A stretch of DNA of 64,000 nt from an uncultured Verrucomicrobiae bacterium (GTDB lineage: Bacteria; Verrucomicrobiota; Verrucomicrobiia; Chthoniobacterales; UBA10450): NCBI GenBank assembly GCA_963735805.1, contig CAVTMK010000004.1, positions 256,001 to 320,000 of the forward strand, read 5' to 3'. The translations under genes and the position numbers were made by a program. Each line of letters opens with the position of its first letter. Within the stretch, counting starts at the first letter, position 1. Below, in pieces: positions 47,740 to 57,168 of the stretch. A model generated the notes under the pieces. That model saw only the letters and a program-made list of their open reading frames with translations, was not told the DNA's origin and searched no databases.

Positions 47740-48573
47740 ATGACCCAGTTCGATCTTCGCCAGCAAGATTGCATTAGGGGAATGTCGCGCCTGACAGATG
47801 AAAGCGTCGATCTTGTCGTGACCTCGCCACCCTACAACCTGGGAATTGACTACGGACAATATGTCGACCGCCAGGATCGACAATCGTATTTGAATTGGTG
47901 CGCCAAGTGGACAGCACAAATTCGAAGGCTGCTAGGATTGAACGGCTCTTTTTTTCTGAACATCGGTTCTGCGCCATCGAATCCAATGTTGCCGCACCAA
48001 ATTGCGATCGAGTTGACGTCCGGTTCCGGCGGATTTGTCTTGCAGAACACCATTCACTGGATCAAGTCGATCACGCTTGAAGATCGAAAGGGCGATCCGA
48101 AGTCGCACGGTCATTTTAAGCCGATCAATTCAAAGCGGTTCCTTAACGATTGTCATGAGTACATCTTTCACTTTACGAAGTCGGGATGCGTTGAAATCGA
48201 TCGGCTTGCGCTCGGCGTTCCTTATCAGGACAAAAGCAACATCGCGCGCTGGTCGCACACTCGCGGAAGCGATGTGCGCTGTCGCGGCAACACCTGGTTC
48301 ATTCCCTACAAGACAATTCAGAGCCGCGTTAAGGAGCGACCGCATCCGGCGACATTTCCTGTTCAACTCGCGGAGTGGTGCATCAAACTGCACGGTGTCT
48401 CACGAGTCGAAACGATGCTCGATCCGTTTCTCGGAATCGGAAATTCCGCCGTTGCTGCCAAGCGCTGCGGTGTAAAGAAATTTGTCGGGTTTGAAATCGA
48501 CGAGACCTATCAGGCGGAGGCTAAGCGGCGCCTGGGGTCGACAAAATCACGGAGATTCGATTGTGCTCCTTAA
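47740..48573 (+). CDS. Orphan N4-C/N6-A DNA methyltransferase (beta-class motif order)
   Basis: TSPPY precedes HPATFP and DPFLGIG; no adjacent endonuclease. Confidence 0.9.
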   Translation: MTQFDLRQQDCIRGMSRLTDESVDLVVTSPPYNLGIDYGQYVDRQDRQSYLNWCAKWTAQIRRLLGLNGSFFLNIGSAPSNPMLPHQIAIELTSGSGGFVLQNTIHWIKSITLEDRKGDPKSHGHFKPINSKRFLNDCHEYIFHFTKSGCVEIDRLALGVPYQDKSNIARWSHTRGSDVRCRGNTWFIPYKTIQSRVKERPHPATFPVQLAEWCIKLHGVSRVETMLDPFLGIGNSAVAAKRCGVKKFVGFEIDETYQAEAKRRLGSTKSRRFDCAP

Positions 48574-48685
48574 GCGAACCGCCGGTACCTCAAGCTTTCA
48601 TCGAACTGGCATCGCCATTTCGCTTTAACTGGATCGTTGACACTTTAGCACCAGGCGAGAAGCTTTTATTAGGTAAGCAATTTTT

Positions 48686-49501
48686 TTGAAGAGGTTAATC
48701 ATAGTCAGTGCGGTCTTCGTCGCGTTACAAGGCGTTTTGACGTCAGCTGCAACTGGAGGGTCTTTCAAGTTCGCTGGCGTTCCCTTTTCTCCGGGTTCAA
48801 CCGTCCAGGCTAATGTTCCTTTGACGGCATTGGAAAAATCATACGCCGGGCAAGGTGGTAATCCGGTACCGCCATATGCAGTGGCTGTGCTGGCAACGCC
48901 CGCAAATTTTGATCCGACGAAGAGCTGGCCCGTTTTGATACCCTGCTCTACGAGCGATTTTAAACGGCAGAACCGAAATGATCTGACTCAGTTTTACCAA
49001 AGAGTCGGACTTTCCGAAGGCTGGGTGCTCCTCGCGGGAGACGGTCCGCAACATGCAAGGAACGACAATGTCGCATGGCGCGAGTCCATGACACTGGCTG
49101 CAGTCGACGCGCTTCGCCGGAGCTTTCCCGGCTCGGAGAAATGGCCGATGGCGTGCGCAGGATTTTCCGGAGGAGGCAAAGGCGTCGGTTATGTCGCGCC
49201 GTTTCTTGCCAGATACGGTTGTCACATCACGGGGATTTACATTACCGGCGCAAATGAAGATCACCTGAGCGACGGATATGCGCGATTGCGGCCCGGCGCA
49301 GATTTTCTGAATACGCCAATCTACTTTAGTGCCGGGCACGAGGACAGAATCGCGACCGTGGAGCAACAATACGCCGTCGTGGGTTTGATCAAACGAACTG
49401 GCTTTAAGCGGATTCGGATCGGGACTTTTCGTGGCGGTCATGAGGTCAACGATGCACAAACCTCGATCGCGTTGCGTTGGTTCCGCGAACTGGCGAAATA
49501 G
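48686..49501 (+). CDS. Secreted alpha/beta-hydrolase-like protein
   Basis: Signal peptide; GFSGG nucleophile elbow, GHED, GGHE; TTG start. Confidence 0.65.
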   Translation: MKRLIIVSAVFVALQGVLTSAATGGSFKFAGVPFSPGSTVQANVPLTALEKSYAGQGGNPVPPYAVAVLATPANFDPTKSWPVLIPCSTSDFKRQNRNDLTQFYQRVGLSEGWVLLAGDGPQHARNDNVAWRESMTLAAVDALRRSFPGSEKWPMACAGFSGGGKGVGYVAPFLARYGCHITGIYITGANEDHLSDGYARLRPGADFLNTPIYFSAGHEDRIATVEQQYAVVGLIKRTGFKRIRIGTFRGGHEVNDAQTSIALRWFRELAK

Positions 49502-49539
49502 GCTCTCACAAAAGCCGGCTCCCCCCCTTAGCGGTAATT

Positions 49540-50568
49540 CTACGATTCCTGGAATTTCTCTAGCGATTTAACCAAGTTTCCCGGCAACGGACGGACGCGA
49601 TCAAAGATGCGCGCAGCTAGCGGTTTGGCTGTTGCGTAACCCGCAGCGAACATTTCGAGACGGGCGTCGAGATTATCAATGTAGTGAAGGGCCATCGCTT
49701 CGGGAGTTTTCGGGGTGACCGGTGAACCAAATTCCATCTCACCGTGGTGCGCTCCGATTAAATGCAAAAGATGGAGGCGAACATCTTCCGAAGTCGGCAC
49801 AAGGGTTTTCCAGGCCTCCGCGTTGTCGGCGTTTATCTTTCTCCATAAAGCGTTCACGAGCTCGAGGCCGATTGAGATGTGTCCTATCAACTCGCCTCGC
49901 TCATCGTAATTCATGACGAAACCGTTTTCAGGCAGCGCGTTCTCCCAGAGTTTCCCAGAGTCGTGGAAGAGAATTCCGGCAACCAAAAGATCCAGATTCA
50001 ATTGCGGATAAAGAGGTGCGATCCCCTTTGCAACGCGCATCATTTGGGCGGTGTGTTCAACGAGACCGCCCCGGCGCGCGTGATGATAATTGCGCGCAGC
50101 GGCCGTGCGCCGAAACCGGTCGCCCCATTCGTTTAGGAATGCTTCACATAAGGAATGAAGACGCGGATCGGTAATAGCTTTGGTTGCGCTTTGAATAAAC
50201 TCCCAGTCTGCGTTCTGCCTGGCGCGCAACTCCGGGGGACCTTGGAGTAATTCACTTTTTTCCTGGTCGACAAGGGGGCGCACAGTCCATTTCCGCGCTT
50301 CGAGGCCGTATTGCTGGTGACGGTGAAACTCGCCCGAGAGCTCGATAAAGCTTTCGGGCGTTAGTGAGCTGCAGGTTTTGTACGCGGGATGATCGCTCCA
50401 GACACGCAGGGTCATGCGATCGCACGCATCGGCAAGAGTCAGCTCACAGTACGGCTGCTGTTCGCGTGTGAGCCTGGGCGCGGCGCTCTCCACCTGCACA
50501 TGCGCCCGGGCCGACACCGCACCGTTTTGTGCTGCCCGACGAATTTCAGTCAGAGTCATCAAATCCAT
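49540..50568 (-). CDS. OB-fold + HD domain protein (YhaM/Cbf1-like 3-prime exoribonuclease)
   Basis: AARNYHHA..GGLVEHT, HDSGK, GHI, HHG, IDNLDA; start 50568 preferred because the longer ORF overlaps thrC. Confidence 0.88.
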   Translation of the reverse strand: MDLMTLTEIRRAAQNGAVSARAHVQVESAAPRLTREQQPYCELTLADACDRMTLRVWSDHPAYKTCSSLTPESFIELSGEFHRHQQYGLEARKWTVRPLVDQEKSELLQGPPELRARQNADWEFIQSATKAITDPRLHSLCEAFLNEWGDRFRRTAAARNYHHARRGGLVEHTAQMMRVAKGIAPLYPQLNLDLLVAGILFHDSGKLWENALPENGFVMNYDERGELIGHISIGLELVNALWRKINADNAEAWKTLVPTSEDVRLHLLHLIGAHHGEMEFGSPVTPKTPEAMALHYIDNLDARLEMFAAGYATAKPLAARIFDRVRPLPGNLVKSLEKFQES

Positions 50569-50615
50569 CTCCGCAAATCTAACACAACCCGCAAACGTGC
50601 TACGTTTAATGTCCC

Positions 50616-51776
50616 ATGTTTCTGACCCATCTTGAATGTACCGCCTGTGGGCTTCAGCATCCATGGTCGTGCCTGCAGAATCTCTGTCTTTCCTGCCATA
50701 AACCGCTCTTTGCGATTGTTGATCTGAGCGCTGCAAGTCGGACTCTGAAACGCGAGACGCTGACGAAGCGAGAAAAATCATTGTGGCGTTATCGCGAACT
50801 GCTGCCGCTGCCCGGCAACGCAGAGCCGGTTTCGTTAGGCGAAGGTGGAACACCCTTATTGCGCGCGAAAAAATTTGGCGGCGACGTCGATCTCTGGGTC
50901 AAGGACGAATCAGTAAACCCGACGCAGAGTTTCAAGGCGCGCGGGATGAGCGTCGCCGTATCCATGGCCAAACATCTTGGTGCGACTCGGCTCGCTGTGC
51001 CTAGCGCCGGTAATGCCGGCGGAGCGCTAGCTGCCTATGGTGCCCGAGCCGGCCTCGAAACCCACATTTTCATGCCGCGCGATACACCGCGCGCAAACAT
51101 TATTGAATGCCGTGAGTTGGGCGCTCACGTCACACTGATCGATGGTCTGATTACGGATTGCGGCGCTGAGATTGCCCGACGTAAGGCAAAAGAAGGCTGG
51201 TTCGACATGTCCACGCTCAAAGAGCCGTATCGCGTCGAGGGTAAAAAGACACTCGGCTACGAACTGGCCGAACAATTCGACTGGCAATTGCCCGATGTAA
51301 TTCTTTACCCCACCGGGGGGGGCACCGGGCTCATTGGAATGTGGAAGGCTTTTGATGAAATGCAGGCGCTCGGCTGGATTGGAAAGAAACGTCCTCGCAT
51401 GTTCGCGGTGCAAGCCGCTGGTTGCGCGCCAATCGTGCGTGCGTTCGATGCCGGAGAGAGAAGCGCAGTCGAATTTCCTAATGCGCACACAATGGCCTCT
51501 GGTCTGCGCGTTCCAAAAGCGATCGGAGATTTTCTGATCCTGAGTATTCTTCGTAAGTCCGACGGCGGTGTCATTGCTGTCGATGACGAAGAAATGATCC
51601 GTGTCGGGCGCGAAGTGGGCTCGAGCGAGGGGCTCTTTGTTGCTCCCGAAGCGGCAGCCTGCTTCGCTGCTTTAAAGTCGCTTAGTTCCGCAGGCAAAAT
51701 TCGTCCCGGTGACCGCGTCGTCATTTTCAACACAGGGTCCGGAATTAAATACCTCGACTGCTACCCAGACGGTTAA
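50616..51776 (+). CDS. thrC: Threonine synthase
   Basis: [42 protein letters not shown]. Confidence 0.9.
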   Translation: MFLTHLECTACGLQHPWSCLQNLCLSCHKPLFAIVDLSAASRTLKRETLTKREKSLWRYRELLPLPGNAEPVSLGEGGTPLLRAKKFGGDVDLWVKDESVNPTQSFKARGMSVAVSMAKHLGATRLAVPSAGNAGGALAAYGARAGLETHIFMPRDTPRANIIECRELGAHVTLIDGLITDCGAEIARRKAKEGWFDMSTLKEPYRVEGKKTLGYELAEQFDWQLPDVILYPTGGGTGLIGMWKAFDEMQALGWIGKKRPRMFAVQAAGCAPIVRAFDAGERSAVEFPNAHTMASGLRVPKAIGDFLILSILRKSDGGVIAVDDEEMIRVGREVGSSEGLFVAPEAAACFAALKSLSSAGKIRPGDRVVIFNTGSGIKYLDCYPDG

Positions 51777-51786
51777 TCAACCTTTC

Positions 51787-52677
51787 TCATACCCGCTTAC
51801 CCACAAATATCGAGATGCGTTTGGTAAAAGCCTTCGCTGGTTCGGCATAGAAACGTCGCCCGAGTTCGAGGGCATTCCTGCGCAGTCGGTTGCCTCGTTT
51901 ACGGGTTAGCTTCTCTAGATGTATGAGTTCCTGGCGCAGCACTTCATCACCGCATTCCTTTTCGAGGCGCGCCCAAAGAAAGACCAAATCATGTTCTCGT
52001 CCAAGCAACTCGCCCAGGACTTCTGCGTTGTGCGCAATCTCGGTCAGGACAACGCGATTAAGGGGCTCCAAAATGCGCAATTGATACCAGATATCTTTCA
52101 CCCGCTTTCGCCAGGAGTGAAAATTTTCCGGCTCCGGGTGGTTAATTGTTTTTGCGAGGCCGCGTTGGCCGCGTTTGTAGATCTTGCAGACTGCGCCCCA
52201 AACTTGCTTCCATGTCAGATCGTCCAGCGGCCAATTCAAAAGGCGCGCCTGCACCCGCTCGAGCTGCGGGACCGCTAGTTTTTGCCAGCCGGCAAATGCT
52301 GCAGAAAAACTTTCTCGTTCCAGTGACAATAATTCTTCAAGGCGTGGAAACGGACCGTCTGCTTGATCTTTCGCAGTCTGGCCGCGCAATTGTATGAGAG
52401 TTTGCAGACGCACTTGCGCATCGCGCAAGTCCGAAACGAGCCGGCCGATCTTGCGTACGCAGCGATCCTCACGTGCATGTTTGTCTTTGCCTATTTCAGG
52501 AATGGTCAGGCGCATCGCCGCACGTAGCTTTTTAAGGTGTTTACGCACTTCGTGTACAGTGACGCCTCGTTGTTTTGCTGGGTGTCGACACAATTCGAGA
52601 GCGGACTCGATCTGTTCCCGAAAGATTCTTTTTAGTCCATCGGGCAGCGTTTCGCGTAACTTTAAACTGAAGCCCAT
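51787..52677 (-). CDS. CHAD domain protein (polyphosphate-binding)
   Basis: VHEVRKHLKKLRA, RDAQV, FHSWRKRVKDIWY, LGREHD. Confidence 0.9.
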   Translation of the reverse strand: MGFSLKLRETLPDGLKRIFREQIESALELCRHPAKQRGVTVHEVRKHLKKLRAAMRLTIPEIGKDKHAREDRCVRKIGRLVSDLRDAQVRLQTLIQLRGQTAKDQADGPFPRLEELLSLERESFSAAFAGWQKLAVPQLERVQARLLNWPLDDLTWKQVWGAVCKIYKRGQRGLAKTINHPEPENFHSWRKRVKDIWYQLRILEPLNRVVLTEIAHNAEVLGELLGREHDLVFLWARLEKECGDEVLRQELIHLEKLTRKRGNRLRRNALELGRRFYAEPAKAFTKRISIFVGKRV

Positions 52678-52689
52678 AAATGCTTGTGT

Positions 52690-53169
52690 TTACTCGTTAG
52701 CCAGTCGCACGTTGCTGTAACGTTTCTCCCCGGTCACTTCCCGTCCAAACCAGGAAGGCGGTTTAAATCTTCGGCAACTGGCGCGGTTGGGGAATTCCAC
52801 CTCGGCCACCACCAGACCGGCGTGTCTCCCCTGATAAATGTCAATCTCAATGACGAGATTTTTCCAGGGAATTTCGCAACGCACCTTGCGCAATCTTCTG
52901 CCGGTTGTCCCCGGCCAGAGTGCGTCGAATTGTTTTGGGCTGAGCCTGATCTCGCGTTCTTCCCGATGTGCGCTGCGGCCCACCTTGAAAGTCAGTGATG
53001 CGGTTTTGCCTCTTTTGCGGAGACGGACCTGTCTGCCCGCCGATTCACTCGCCAGATAACCTTGCTCGATAATGTAGCACCGCGAGCCCTTTAGTTTGTC
53101 GGGCAGCCGCTTGAGCAAAAATTTGCGTTCGATTTCCCGATTGTTTGTTGCCCGAGCATTTTTTTGCAC
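52690..53169 (-). CDS. CYTH domain protein (triphosphate tunnel metalloenzyme)
   Basis: EIERKFL, QGYL, VRLR, EID, AEVEF, EVTG..RYSN. Confidence 0.92.
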   Translation of the reverse strand: MQKNARATNNREIERKFLLKRLPDKLKGSRCYIIEQGYLASESAGRQVRLRKRGKTASLTFKVGRSAHREEREIRLSPKQFDALWPGTTGRRLRKVRCEIPWKNLVIEIDIYQGRHAGLVVAEVEFPNRASCRRFKPPSWFGREVTGEKRYSNVRLANE

Positions 53170-53320
53170 AAGGCCAACATGCTAAACGCGATGAGCTTGC
53201 TGTCGAGAATTTCGCGTTGGCGAACACACCAGGTCGAACACGTTGTTTTCACGCCGTTGCGAGCGCTTGAACGGAATTTACGGGCGGAATCGCGATTCCG
53301 CCCGCATTGGACGCCACGCA

Positions 53321-53590
53321 TTAAGTCAGTGCGCGCTGGAAGAATTCGTTCAAGGCGTCTGCGGCTGCGAGGATTGGCCAGGCTGAGATCGCCACGATAA
53401 TCGCAAAGAAAAGTGCCTCAAATGCAAACTCCAAACGGTTTTCCGTCGCGAAATAAGCGCGGGCTAATTCGCGGGACGATCGGATGGTGGTGGAAGTTTT
53501 CTTCGATCTTCCGTTGATCACTATTCTTTTCACGGATGCTTCCTTGGGGATTCCGTGGAAAACCGTTCTCCTCACTGTAATCACGTTCAT
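53321..53590 (-). CDS. Small hypothetical membrane protein
   Basis: 89 aa; single C-terminal TM; Pho-box-like site upstream; start uncertain. Confidence 0.55.
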   Translation of the reverse strand: MNVITVRRTVFHGIPKEASVKRIVINGRSKKTSTTIRSSRELARAYFATENRLEFAFEALFFAIIVAISAWPILAAADALNEFFQRALT

Positions 53591-53645
53591 GGTCGAACAT
53601 TCGATCGGTAGTGAGAGCCGTCAGGTTACGAATTGTCAAAAGCGC

Positions 53646-53663
53646 GTGACGACGCGGTGACAT
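53646..53663 (-). promoter_or_regulatory. Pho-box-like direct repeat
   Basis: Minus strand ATGTCAC-cgcg-TCGTCAC (11-bp period), with extra half-sites TCGTCTT and TCGTAAC nearby. Confidence 0.55.
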
Positions 53664-53742
53664 CGCAAGACGATGTGTTGCACGAACCGGGGCTGCAATG
53701 CCTTGGGCGGAGACACCAAGACAGGCGCTTGCCACAAACTCT

Positions 53743-54636
53743 TTAGCCCGCAGACATTCCTTGTGGCTCCAGTGAATCGACGGATGGGCTCGCCGCTGGC
53801 TGGCCAGCTGGGAACGGATCGTAGTTCACGAGCGCTATGATGCCATCCTCACCTTCGACCAATGCCGAGCAACTCTCCACCCAGTCACCGCAGTTGTAAT
53901 ACGTGACCTTGCCGAACTCCCGGATGGCCGGACTATGGATGTGGCCGCATAGAACGGCATCCACTTGATGGCGCTCCGCGTAATGCGCGACGGCGGCCTC
54001 GAATTTGCCTATAAAGCTAACGGCGTCTTTCACACGTCGCTTTGCATAGGCGCTCAGCGACCAATAGCCCAGACCAAACCGTCGTCTTACGAAATTGATG
54101 AACGGATTCATGGATAGCAAGAATTGATAGCCAAGATCGCCTGCGAAGGCGAGCCACTTCACGTTTTGCACGACCGCGTCGAGCTCATGGCCATGAATGA
54201 TTAAGATACGTTCCCCGCACGCTGTCACATGGATGGCGTTCTGTCTGATGTCGATGTTTCCATAAGCGCCCAGGAAACTGGTCACGAGTTCGTCATGATT
54301 TCCCGGGACATAAATTACGCGTGTTCCCTTGCGAGCTTTGCGCAGGATTTTTTGGATGACGTCGTTATGTTGCTGCGGCCAATAAATTCCACGGCGCAGC
54401 GACCAGATATCGATAAGGTCTCCAACTATATACAGCGTCTCGAAGTCGTTCTGGCGCAGAAAATCGAGCAGCGCTGTGGCATTGCAGCCGCGTGTGCCCA
54501 GGTGAGCGTCGGAAATCCAACCAGCTTTATAACGCCTTGGCAGTGGCAGTTGCTCCAGCGATTTCCCAAACGAGAAACGCTGTTGAGCCGTGAAGATCTG
54601 CGTTGAATCCCTTCGGGGAAAGGTGAACGCTTGCAT
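53743..54636 (-). CDS. Calcineurin-like metallophosphoesterase (UDP-2,3-diacylglucosamine diphosphatase family)
   Basis: SDAHLG, VGDLID, GNHD, HGH, CGHIH, NCGDW. Confidence 0.9.
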   Translation of the reverse strand: MQAFTFPRRDSTQIFTAQQRFSFGKSLEQLPLPRRYKAGWISDAHLGTRGCNATALLDFLRQNDFETLYIVGDLIDIWSLRRGIYWPQQHNDVIQKILRKARKGTRVIYVPGNHDELVTSFLGAYGNIDIRQNAIHVTACGERILIIHGHELDAVVQNVKWLAFAGDLGYQFLLSMNPFINFVRRRFGLGYWSLSAYAKRRVKDAVSFIGKFEAAVAHYAERHQVDAVLCGHIHSPAIREFGKVTYYNCGDWVESCSALVEGEDGIIALVNYDPFPAGQPAASPSVDSLEPQGMSAG

Positions 54637-54651
54637 TCCCGGTCAGGGGCA

Positions 54652-54707
54652 AGCGTAAGAATCAACCGGTGCCGTTGCAAAAGAATTACTGTTACGTTTG
54701 TGTGGCA
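54652..54707 (-). promoter_or_regulatory. sigma70-type promoter with upstream operator; homologous copy at 56514-56568
   Basis: Minus strand TTGCCAC-acaa-ACGTAAC-agtaattctt-TTGCAA-17 nt-TACGCT. Confidence 0.55.
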
Positions 54708-54730
54708 AGATGAGCCGCTAACCTGACGGG

Positions 54731-56329
54731 CTAGAAATTAACGCTCAGGTCTGCCTGGAATAGTTGATACTGATCGAGGGGATTGATGGGGATATCGCCG
54801 GTGCCGCCTGTACCCAGCGACTCATCAACGCGCCAGGCATAGGCATAGGTAAGTTGGAGAACAATAGCATCGGCTACCATGTACCCCGCGCGCACGCCCA
54901 CGCCTTCCATGTTCAAACGGGCGTCGAACAGGTCAGAATCAATCAGATTCGGATCAAGCGCGTATTGGTCTTGGTGTTGCCACCAGGCGCTGATCTGCCA
55001 ATCGCGCTTCTTCTTCAACTGTCCAATACCGAGACCGATCTGGTATGCGTAGCGGTCGCCGCCCTTGCCTGGAAAGCCCGCGGCCGCGGCGCGATCGTCA
55101 GCCTCGAAGTTCGTTGCAAAATCCCCAAAGATACGCATCGGAATTTTTCCAATTTTCCAGCCTATTTCGGCAGGTATATCAAAAACCAAAAGACTATTGA
55201 TGCCCGTTTGATTGGGAGTGGGACTGGGACTGGGACCTGGGGGCTGGCCTGAAAAATGGATGCTAAAATCTTTGCCGTTGCCGGTGTAGTTGTAGAGCGC
55301 TGGCGCCAGTTGGAAGTAAACGACGTGCGGAAAATCAAGCTTCGCTCCGATTTGCCAACCGAGCAGGAATGCGTTGGTGTTCGGGATAAGCTGAGTCTCG
55401 CCTCCTATAGGCTGCACTTGCGTCGGTCGCGCGCCGATCGGGTTTGTCGGATTCGAATCGTCATAAACGAATTGGCCGAAGTTTGCGAAAACATCCAATT
55501 TCAAGAACGGCTCCGACGGCGAAGGCGCCACTGTTTTACCGTCTTTGCTGAATGATTCAGGCGGGGGGGCTTCTCCTCCAAATGTGAAGGTGCGTTTCCA
55601 CTGCTCCGCCAAGCCTTCCACGTTAATGTCGTCGTCCCACACCAGCAGCGTCTTCACGAATGGAATCGCAAACCGGCCCCCTGTCAGAGTGACGCCGGGA
55701 AAACCTTTGTAACCTAGATAGGCTTGTCCCACGGCAATGCCATCGTTGCCTTTGTTAAACGGGCCATTGCCATTGCCAGCGTCACCTCCCATTGTAACGT
55801 TCGTCGAGCGAGCGCTCGAGCTCGTCTCCAATCGGAGCCCGAAAAACCAATCATCCAGCACCGTTCCTTTCAATCCGACGCGCAAACGGTAACGTTCACG
55901 TTCCTCCTCATACCAATCATTTGGGTGCGGCGAATCCTGGCTGGGAAATCTGCCGCCACGGTATTCGTATCGCAGTCGCAAGTCGCCGAAGAGTTCCAAT
56001 TCGGTGATTGCCGGAAACAATTTCCATTTGTCCCCACTTTGTAACTCGGGAACGGATTTCTCGACGTATGTCTTTCCCTCGCTGGTCACCTGCGTCTTGG
56101 TTTTGCCTTCCTGTGTCAGCGCAGGCGTCCGTGCTGAGTGCTTCTTTAATGATGCAACCTCCTGTTCAAGCTCGGCATTGCGCTTCTGTAGCTGGCTGAC
56201 GGCCTGCTCGAGTTTTTGAAGCCGGGCTTCGTCGGACGCTGTTTGGGCGCCGAGCGATTGCGCGGCAATCGAAATGATTCCAGCCAGGCTGGCGCTGGCT
56301 GCTTGCGAGATGGTTTTGTTGATACGCAT
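54731..56329 (-). CDS. Putative porin 1 (Porin_5-like) with N-terminal coiled coil
   Basis: Signal peptide, GDLRLRYE, RERYRLR, LVWDDD, C-terminal QADLSVNF; AAGGAG RBS. Confidence 0.88.
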   Translation of the reverse strand: MRINKTISQAASASLAGIISIAAQSLGAQTASDEARLQKLEQAVSQLQKRNAELEQEVASLKKHSARTPALTQEGKTKTQVTSEGKTYVEKSVPELQSGDKWKLFPAITELELFGDLRLRYEYRGGRFPSQDSPHPNDWYEEERERYRLRVGLKGTVLDDWFFGLRLETSSSARSTNVTMGGDAGNGNGPFNKGNDGIAVGQAYLGYKGFPGVTLTGGRFAIPFVKTLLVWDDDINVEGLAEQWKRTFTFGGEAPPPESFSKDGKTVAPSPSEPFLKLDVFANFGQFVYDDSNPTNPIGARPTQVQPIGGETQLIPNTNAFLLGWQIGAKLDFPHVVYFQLAPALYNYTGNGKDFSIHFSGQPPGPSPSPTPNQTGINSLLVFDIPAEIGWKIGKIPMRIFGDFATNFEADDRAAAAGFPGKGGDRYAYQIGLGIGQLKKKRDWQISAWWQHQDQYALDPNLIDSDLFDARLNMEGVGVRAGYMVADAIVLQLTYAYAWRVDESLGTGGTGDIPINPLDQYQLFQADLSVNF

Positions 56330-56396
56330 TCGTTTTCTCCTTTGTTTTGATCATCTTTCAGCTGCCTTGATACTCGGGTTTCAGTGAACGCCGTCG

Positions 56397-56441
56397 AGGC
56401 TAGGAGCCGATTATTACAGCTTCAAGACGAAAACGTGAGGA
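56397..56441 (-). promoter_or_regulatory. Pho-box-type promoter of porin 1
   Basis: Minus strand TCCTCAC-gttt-TCGTCTT-gaag-CTGTAAT-10 nt-TAGCCT. Confidence 0.6.
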
Positions 56442-56657
56442 TTCGGCCAGTCGTGAAAATTCGCGCCGAACCATTCAGCGAAAAGCAAACGGCTGCATTC
56501 CCAGTGAGCACGGAGCGTAGGGATCGCTGCGTGCCCCAGCTAAAGAATTACTGTTACGTTTTGTGTGAACCCAAAGAGATGGCCGCTGAGGAAACGAAGA
56601 ATGCGATTGAAACGCGGATGCCAGGTCTGGGTGACAGCCTTCGTGTAGGCTTCGGGA

Positions 56658-57002
56658 TCAATTTTTTTGCCCGATGGCCGAGACGAGGTCCCCAATGAGA
56701 GAGTCGATCTTGCGCAAATCCTTCCGTCGGCCCTTTTCCGGTTTCAGCTTACGATTACGAACAACGATGGTGAGATCGCGGACTTGGTGCAGCATTGCGC
56801 GGGAGACGTGTTCGATCGGACCGCATGCCCTGAGAACGGCGAGACAAACAAGCAGATCATTTTCAAGCCGGGCAACGTATGCCCTGGCGGTCGTTCGCAA
56901 ATCGCGGTGCAACGCGTGAAGTTCTGATTCAAGCATCGTGACCGGCGACGACTCCCGGTCTCCTCGACGACGGGCTGCTTTGCGTTTGGCCTTTGCTTTC
57001 AT
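56658..57002 (-). CDS. Hypothetical basic helical protein
   Basis: 114 aa; co-oriented between the porins; LKPEKGRRKDLRKID motif. Confidence 0.65.
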   Translation of the reverse strand: MKAKAKRKAARRRGDRESSPVTMLESELHALHRDLRTTARAYVARLENDLLVCLAVLRACGPIEHVSRAMLHQVRDLTIVVRNRKLKPEKGRRKDLRKIDSLIGDLVSAIGQKN

Positions 57003-57088
57003 GCCGCGGAGCCTATCACATGCGCTGTGGCGACCTGGCCGAGCCTACAATGCTGCCTTTCTGGGAAACAACGATTCGATCGAAGACA

Positions 57089-57120
57089 AGCCCGCCGGGG
57101 AGGCGTCTTCCCGGCGGGCT
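57089..57120 (-). terminator. GC-rich hairpin downstream of porin 2
   Basis: AGCCCGCCGGG...CCCGGCGGGCT. Confidence 0.65.
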
Positions 57121-57168
57121 CTGATTGACCTAACCAAATCGTAATTGCTCAGATGAAATTTTCTTGGC

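Noticed and set aside
50569..50853. Long overlap of the HD protein with thrC
   Set aside because: Artefact of choosing the longest ORF; homology begins near 50568.
56384..56698. 104-aa plus-strand ORF between porin 1 and the next gene
   Set aside because: Antisense to two promoter modules; no recognisable protein features.
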